DNA of 64,000 nucleotides from Desulfobacterales bacterium (GTDB lineage Bacteria; Desulfobacterota; Desulfobacteria; Desulfobacterales; JADGBH01): NCBI GenBank assembly GCA_015231595.1, contig JADGBH010000001.1, positions 1,108 to 65,107 of the forward strand, read 5' to 3'. Shown piece by piece: positions 57,805 to 64,000 of this stretch (position 1 is its first letter; each line of letters starts with the position of its first letter). The notes under the pieces were generated by a model. It saw only the letters and a program-made list of their open reading frames with translations, ran no database searches and was not told where the DNA came from. The position numbers and the translations under genes were made by a program.

Positions 57805-58500
57805 TCATTGTTCTGTTTCGGGTTCAGACTTGGGCTTACGGACACGCGTGGCTGCCGCGATATAAACCGCTGCCAGAATGCTAAAAATATAGGCCTGAAC
57901 CATACCGGTAAGTAGCCCCAGCACCGTCATAATGATCGGAAAGATGAAGGGCGTAATCGTGAGCAGGATTCCGATAATCATCGCTCCACTCATCATGTTA
58001 CCAAACAATCGGACAGACAGGGCCAGAGTGCGCGAAATTTCGCTGATGATATTAAACGGCAGCATGATGAATGTCGGATCCATATAAGACTTGAGGTAGT
58101 TGCCCATCCCTTGCTCCGCGATGCCAAAAAACGGCACTGCCACAAATACACACAGCGCAAGTGCAGCCGTAGTCGAGAGCGAGCCGGTCGGTGGCTCGTA
58201 ACCTGGAATGACAGTACAGAGGCTGGCTGCAGCGACAAACAAGAAGAGCGTGCCCAGAAATCCGAGATATTTCTTCGGATGATCCAGGCCAACCTCTTCA
58301 ATTTGTTTCTCGATGCTGGTAACCACGATTTCCAGAAGGTTCTGCCAGCGGGAACGTTTCAGTTCCGTAGATAATTTGCGCGTGACAAGTTTTGAGCCAA
58401 CAGCAAGCACAAACATCAATCCCCACGTGAATACAATGGTAGCGTTGAGTTTGAAAAAACCGTATTGCCAGAAGATCATCTCATCGGGACTGAGGCGCAT
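57805..58500 (-). CDS. atpB: N-ATPase a subunit
   Basis: 231 aa polytopic protein. LSVRLFGNMMSG carries the conserved a-subunit Arg. Confidence 0.85.
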   Translation of the reverse strand: MRLSPDEMIFWQYGFFKLNATIVFTWGLMFVLAVGSKLVTRKLSTELKRSRWQNLLEIVVTSIEKQIEEVGLDHPKKYLGFLGTLFLFVAAASLCTVIPGYEPPTGSLSTTAALALCVFVAVPFFGIAEQGMGNYLKSYMDPTFIMLPFNIISEISRTLALSVRLFGNMMSGAMIIGILLTITPFIFPIIMTVLGLLTGMVQAYIFSILAAVYIAAATRVRKPKSEPETEQ

Positions 58501-58804
58501 GGCTGACCTCCTGTGCCGTGCAAATCGGCTTTTCTTTCGCTCTGGTGAGCCGTGTTACGATAAGGCGTGCCAATACAAATCCAAGGAGGCTCACCAGCAG
58601 CTTTTCCCAATGACCGAGCGCGCTAAAATAAAAACCAGATAGGACAATACCAGTTCGCATCAACAGGCTGCCTAAGAACCAAAACGCCGGCTGTTTAGAG
58701 GACATCCCCTTCTGAACCGTCCACCAAAGACCGCCAAAATAGATCGCACCGAGCAAAACGCCCATCACCAGGGCATGAACCAGCTTCAACATTTCATTCA
58801 TCAT
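58481..58804 (-). CDS. atpR: N-ATPase AtpR membrane protein
   Basis: About 107 aa from MMNEML. Two to three TM helices and a conserved intramembrane Arg (LLMRTGIVL). Occupies the position between atpQ and atpB. Confidence 0.7.
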   Translation of the reverse strand: MMNEMLKLVHALVMGVLLGAIYFGGLWWTVQKGMSSKQPAFWFLGSLLMRTGIVLSGFYFSALGHWEKLLVSLLGFVLARLIVTRLTRAKEKPICTAQEVSHAPQSR

Positions 58805-59124
58805 TATCCTCCTGTTCCTCTCGCATTTCCTTGTCTTCCTTTGACACCCAATGCCAGGCATTCACACAACCGACGACCAAGCCGATGACCAGCAGCATCA
58901 GGGTCCAGGAATGGCTTCCAGAATGACGATTGTCCAGCCAGATACCGAACGCAGCACCGAGCAGCGTCGGAATCGTCACCGACCATCCGATAAGCCCCAT
59001 CATGCCCAAACCAAACCAGACACCCTGAGTGCCGTTACGCTGCGCTTTTAGCTTGCGCGCTGCCTTCACACCGACCTGCCGACTGAACGCATCCCGGTCT
59101 TTCACGCTCTTGTTTTGCTGTTTT

Positions 59125-59132
<8 letters not shown>
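58794..59132 (-). CDS. atpQ: N-ATPase AtpQ (AtpI/AtpZ-like small membrane protein)
   Basis: About 112 aa from MSEKQQ. GVWFGLGMMGLIGWSVTIPTLLGAAFGIWLD pattern of the ATPase gene-1 family. Overlaps the atpC stop. Confidence 0.7.
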
Positions 59133-61033
<1,901 letters not shown>

Positions 61034-61603
61034 TCAGGGTGTCGGTTGAACGATCGTATTCGAACTGGCTCTTGTCCCCAGTCTCAACTTTGGTCAGTTG
61101 CTGGATTCTTGTTGTCATAATCAATCATGTCCTTTCCATCGAGGCATTGTATTATTTGTACTCGACGAGCTTGTCCTGCAATGGTAAAGTCGATCACAAT
61201 GCGTCGTTGTTTGAGTTAGGCCGAAATCCAAACGCACTGCATCGGCTAACTGACTGTTTGAAAAAACTTTGACTTGACAGGGCATGGCAAATCTAATCCC
61301 AGAATAAACGCGATGTCGATTCATGCTATAACATTATTCTAAAACAGCCAATAATCTCAATTAATAAACTTGTCTTATGATAGATCGCCTTAAGGCTCCT
61401 GATATAGCATGTTAATTGCTTCCTTGCAATACTTAATATTTAACTTCCTAAATTTTTGCAAATTTTTTGTTGCCTCATCTTGGTCCCTGCACTTGAAATA
61501 CAAATTTTTGATAGTCGATTAATTGGAGGATACATTTTTTTATCATAAAATTAAAGTAGTAAGTAAATATCTAATACATCCAATAACTAATATTCCATTA
61601 AAG

Positions 61604-62116
61604 TCAATAATTGATAAAGTTCTGCTTTTGTGATCCATTCGTCAAATTTAAAATTAATATACATTGGTCATCTTTATGTTTTATTGCCATCACAATTCCT
61701 TTTTTTTCAATCAATTCAACAGGCTTTTTTTTAGACAACATTAAAAGCATTTTAAATTTTCTGCCAAGTAACAATCGAGCAGATTCTATTTGAAAAGAAT
61801 TTAAATAAAATCCCGCCCCACCTACAGAAACATTAGATAAACCTCCTTCAAAATATTTGCCGATAATTTTATCTTGATTCCCGAGCAATTCGATGCATAT
61901 CTTGCCTTTAATATTAAACCTCATGTGCTGACGTCTATCTTCTTTTTCCTGATTTAAAGTTTCATTAAGCTCTTTAATTTTAACAGGGTAATTGGTTAAT
62001 TTCTCGACTAAAGACGGAAAATTTTCTTTCCACTCATTAAAAATTTCTCTTTTTAAATAGCTTAGCTTAATGATACAGTTGTCAAAGAAATCATACTTGT
62101 TGCTGATATGATAGAT
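61604..62116 (-). pseudogene. 5'-truncated paralogue of the cNMP-binding/PilZ gene (41052..42065)
   Basis: The frame is open from 62116 and reads ...LSYLKREIFNEWKENFPSLVEKL...EDRRQHMRFNIKG...NVSVGGAGFY..ESARLLLGRK. This parallels LSRDVLKKWETEFPALAPKI...ERRTQTR...DLSIGGVSFY..ETARLLLGRK. No start codon occurs before the ATG at 61924, which lies inside the RRxxxR motif. Confidence 0.65.
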
Positions 62117-62136
62117 TCATTGAAAAAAAGCTCTCA

Positions 62137-62521
62137 TCACCACAGATATTCGAAAATCGGGTTTAATTTTAAGTTTCCCCAAACAATTTTCCCGTCTTTA
62201 AAACGAATACCGCTTGCATTAGTTTTACTTTCTAAAGAATCAAATTGATTTTTTCCTTTAAATCGAGGTCTGCCACGTTTTCCTAAAGCATATGCATTAA
62301 CAGCATCAAAAGCTCTTTTAGCTGTTTTTTGAGCGGTATGACTGTCTAAATGGTCTTTAATAAAACATGATCTTCGAATTTTATCTTCGTCAGACTAAAA
62401 AAATGATTGGACTTGAAGTAGGATAAAGCTTCATATTTGTCATTAATGCTTTTAATTCATATAGAATTTTTATTCCATCGGCCTCGAGATTTCGATTCTT
62501 CATAGGAGACACTCTTTCCAT
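62137..62521 (-). pseudogene. Frameshifted, 3'-truncated tnpB (IS200/IS605-family OrfB) remnant
   Basis: Frame 1: ...MKLYPTSSPIIFLV*. Frame 2: SDEDKIRRSCFIKDHLDSHTAQKTAKRAFDAVNAYALGKRGRPRFKGKNQFDSLESKTNASGIRFKDGKIVWGNLKLNP..., the typical TnpB N-terminal region (YPT..Q, G.PRFK.K). Ends about 85 codons in, with no RuvC part. Confidence 0.5.
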
Positions 62522-62984
62522 AAAATTTAGTATTTTAGTGTAGAAAATTGTTTAATAAAGGCAAAACCTAACAAACAGTATAATTATATGTCAAATAAAA
62601 TAGTGTTAACTACATTTTTATGTGATATGAAGGATGCCGAATCTTTCTATAAACTTTTTCATGAGCCACTTTTTTGCGTTAATTGATAGAATTTTATTTC
62701 AATTTCCAATCTTTTTTTTTACAAAAAGAGGTGGCTCATGTCACATTAATTCTATATAAATTACTGTTGGGTGTATTGGGTTGCGGGCATAGCCCGCCTT
62801 AGTATATTATTCGTAGGGATAAACCCGCAGTTTTAAATAATTAGATTATTTTTTACAAAGACAAAAACTTCCTTGATTTGCGCTTAACCTTAAACTATAC
62901 TTTTCTCTTAATTTTATATTATTCAGCAATTTATATATAATCATAATTTTTTTGAAATAAATTATTTTTCATAAGGAGGTTAAT

Positions 62985-63716
62985 TTGGGAAGAGTATGGA
63001 ATATAATGCGGGCACAATTTAATAAATTAGTAAATTTTTTTTGGACTATGGATCCAGTTGCTCAAATGCAATTAGAATATGATAAGTCAGTGGCACAGCT
63101 CAAAGATGGAAGAGAGGGTTTAGAGCAGTATAGAGGTCTTGTTGACAGAGTTGCAAGGCAGGTAATTGATATTGAAAAAAGAGAACAAACCCTTACAGCT
63201 AAAATAAAGGCGTATCTTAGGTCCGGTGATCGAAAAACGGCAGGACAGCTTGCTATTCAGCTTGAAGCAACAAAAAAGGATTTAGTTGAAAATAAGCAGC
63301 AGCTTGAGATGCATGAAAAAGCTTATAATAATAACTTAGAAAAAATTAAATTTGCTTCAAAAAATCTCGCTAGGCTTAGGGAAAAAATAAAAAAATACGA
63401 AGCAGAACTTAAAATGTCTAAATCTGAAGCGGAACTTGCAAAACTGAGCCAAACATTTAATTTTGATGTTACAACTGATGTTGGTGAACTTGAAACGATT
63501 ATTCAAGAAAAGATTGATTTTAACAGAGCAAAAGCTAAAGTAGCGGCTGATTTATCAGGTCAGGGAGTAGAACAAATTGAAGCTGAAAAAGCAATGGAAG
63601 AAGTATTAGCTGAAGATATATTATCAAAATTTGAAGAGGAAATGACTATTGATTCTCAATCAAAAAATAATTCTAATCAAGAATTGAATGACCTTAAACA
63701 AACCCTTGAAAAATAA
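62985..63716 (+). CDS. PspA/IM30-family protein
   Basis: 243 aa with a TTG start 5 nt after AAGGAGG. N-terminal amphipathic helix and long coiled coil (MQLEYDKSVAQLKDGREGLEQY...). Confidence 0.75.
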   Translation: MGRVWNIMRAQFNKLVNFFWTMDPVAQMQLEYDKSVAQLKDGREGLEQYRGLVDRVARQVIDIEKREQTLTAKIKAYLRSGDRKTAGQLAIQLEATKKDLVENKQQLEMHEKAYNNNLEKIKFASKNLARLREKIKKYEAELKMSKSEAELAKLSQTFNFDVTTDVGELETIIQEKIDFNRAKAKVAADLSGQGVEQIEAEKAMEEVLAEDILSKFEEEMTIDSQSKNNSNQELNDLKQTLEK

Positions 63717-63740
63717 ATAACTAAGGAGGATAAGCTAATT

Positions 63741-64000
63741 ATGGCTGGTAAACCAAAACCTGCATTTTGGATAGTTGTTTTTCTTGTAGTAGGAGGATTA
63801 ATTGCTTTTTCGCTTAATAAAGCTGGCATTATTAACATTGACAACATGTTAAATCCCTCTACAGAAAACAATGCTAATCAAGCTTCCCAAAAATTTTCCG
63901 ACAAAAAAATCGGGATTAATTTCTATTCTTCGAGCGCTAAACAAAACTGGGTAAATGAACTGGTGAAAAAATTTAATAATTCAGGAGCTAAAGTTAATGG
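63741..64000 (+). CDS. Membrane-anchored protein, 5' part only (runs off the window)
   Basis: ATG at 63741, 10 nt after AAGGAGGA. MAGKPKPAFWIVVFLVVGGLIAFSL anchor, then KKIGINFYSSSAKQNWVNELVKKFN (solute-binding-like start). Not in the ORF track because it is open-ended. Confidence 0.55.
   Translation, partial: MAGKPKPAFWIVVFLVVGGLIAFSLNKAGIINIDNMLNPSTENNANQASQKFSDKKIGINFYSSSAKQNWVNELVKKFNNSGAKVN

Noticed and set aside
62660-62740. 10-bp inverted repeat CATGAGCCAC ... GTGGCTCATG with a 61-nt spacer upstream of the tnpB remnant, considered as an IS200/IS605 end hairpin.
   Set aside because: The loop is far longer than known subterminal hairpins and no matching second end was found. It could equally be a relic or chance.
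63677-63871. 64-aa minus-strand ORF overlapping the pspA-like stop and the next gene.
   Set aside because: It is antisense to a plus-strand ORF that has a strong AAGGAGGA RBS and a plausible membrane anchor.

Overview
All family assignments come from reading motifs by eye; no database search or computation was run. GC values are hand counts on a few 60-nt lines.

The window is AT-rich, about 28-30% GC. It looks like chromosome from a sulfate/sulfite-respiring Desulfobacterota (deltaproteobacterial) organism.

**Core genes:** dsrMKJOP; a four-subunit OorDABC-type 2-oxoacid:ferredoxin oxidoreductase; tRNA-Leu(TAG)-tig-clpP-clpX-lon; ndk; a trmJ-like methyltransferase; rsmD; a PspA/IM30 homologue. 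c-di-GMP signalling is dense: one GGDEF, one HD-GYP, one cNMP-PilZ and a truncated PilZ paralogue.

**Accessory content is high:**
1. 60-9111: an envelope cluster with a TPR+beta-barrel outer-membrane protein of Slam-like architecture, a FecR-domain protein, a small basic protein and a 1765-aa adhesin-like giant.
2. 21.4-31.0 kb, minus strand: two paralogous unannotated small membrane peptides share the N-terminus KGKILKVK[H/S]GYNPNSSSVGS.
   - One heads a TPR-polytopic protein plus an RRE-like radical SAM/SPASM pair.
   - The other heads a TlpA-like thioredoxin plus a PAP-like phosphoesterase-thioredoxin-CcdA fusion.
   - An Rpn/DUF2887-type nuclease gene separates the two modules.
   - I consider this the best candidate for an undescribed system.
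3. 19969-21108: a single GC-rich orphan ORF (about 47-57% GC). Its compositional edges coincide with its stop codon and RBS.
4. 52.7-61.3 kb: a GC-rich island (about 50-68% GC) carrying a complete N-type ATPase operon, atpDCQRBEFAG.
   - The c subunit has a two-carboxylate Na+-type ion site.
   - An extra DUF2254 membrane-protein gene sits between atpA and atpG.
   - The island is bounded by a transposase remnant on the left and by a truncated PilZ gene plus a tnpB pseudogene on the right.
5. 43.2-47.3 kb: a thioredoxin/OM-barrel/lipoprotein/DUF4384 operon.
6. 34882-34957: a GC-rich nested palindromic element between convergent operons.

No CRISPR array, rRNA or intact transposase was seen.
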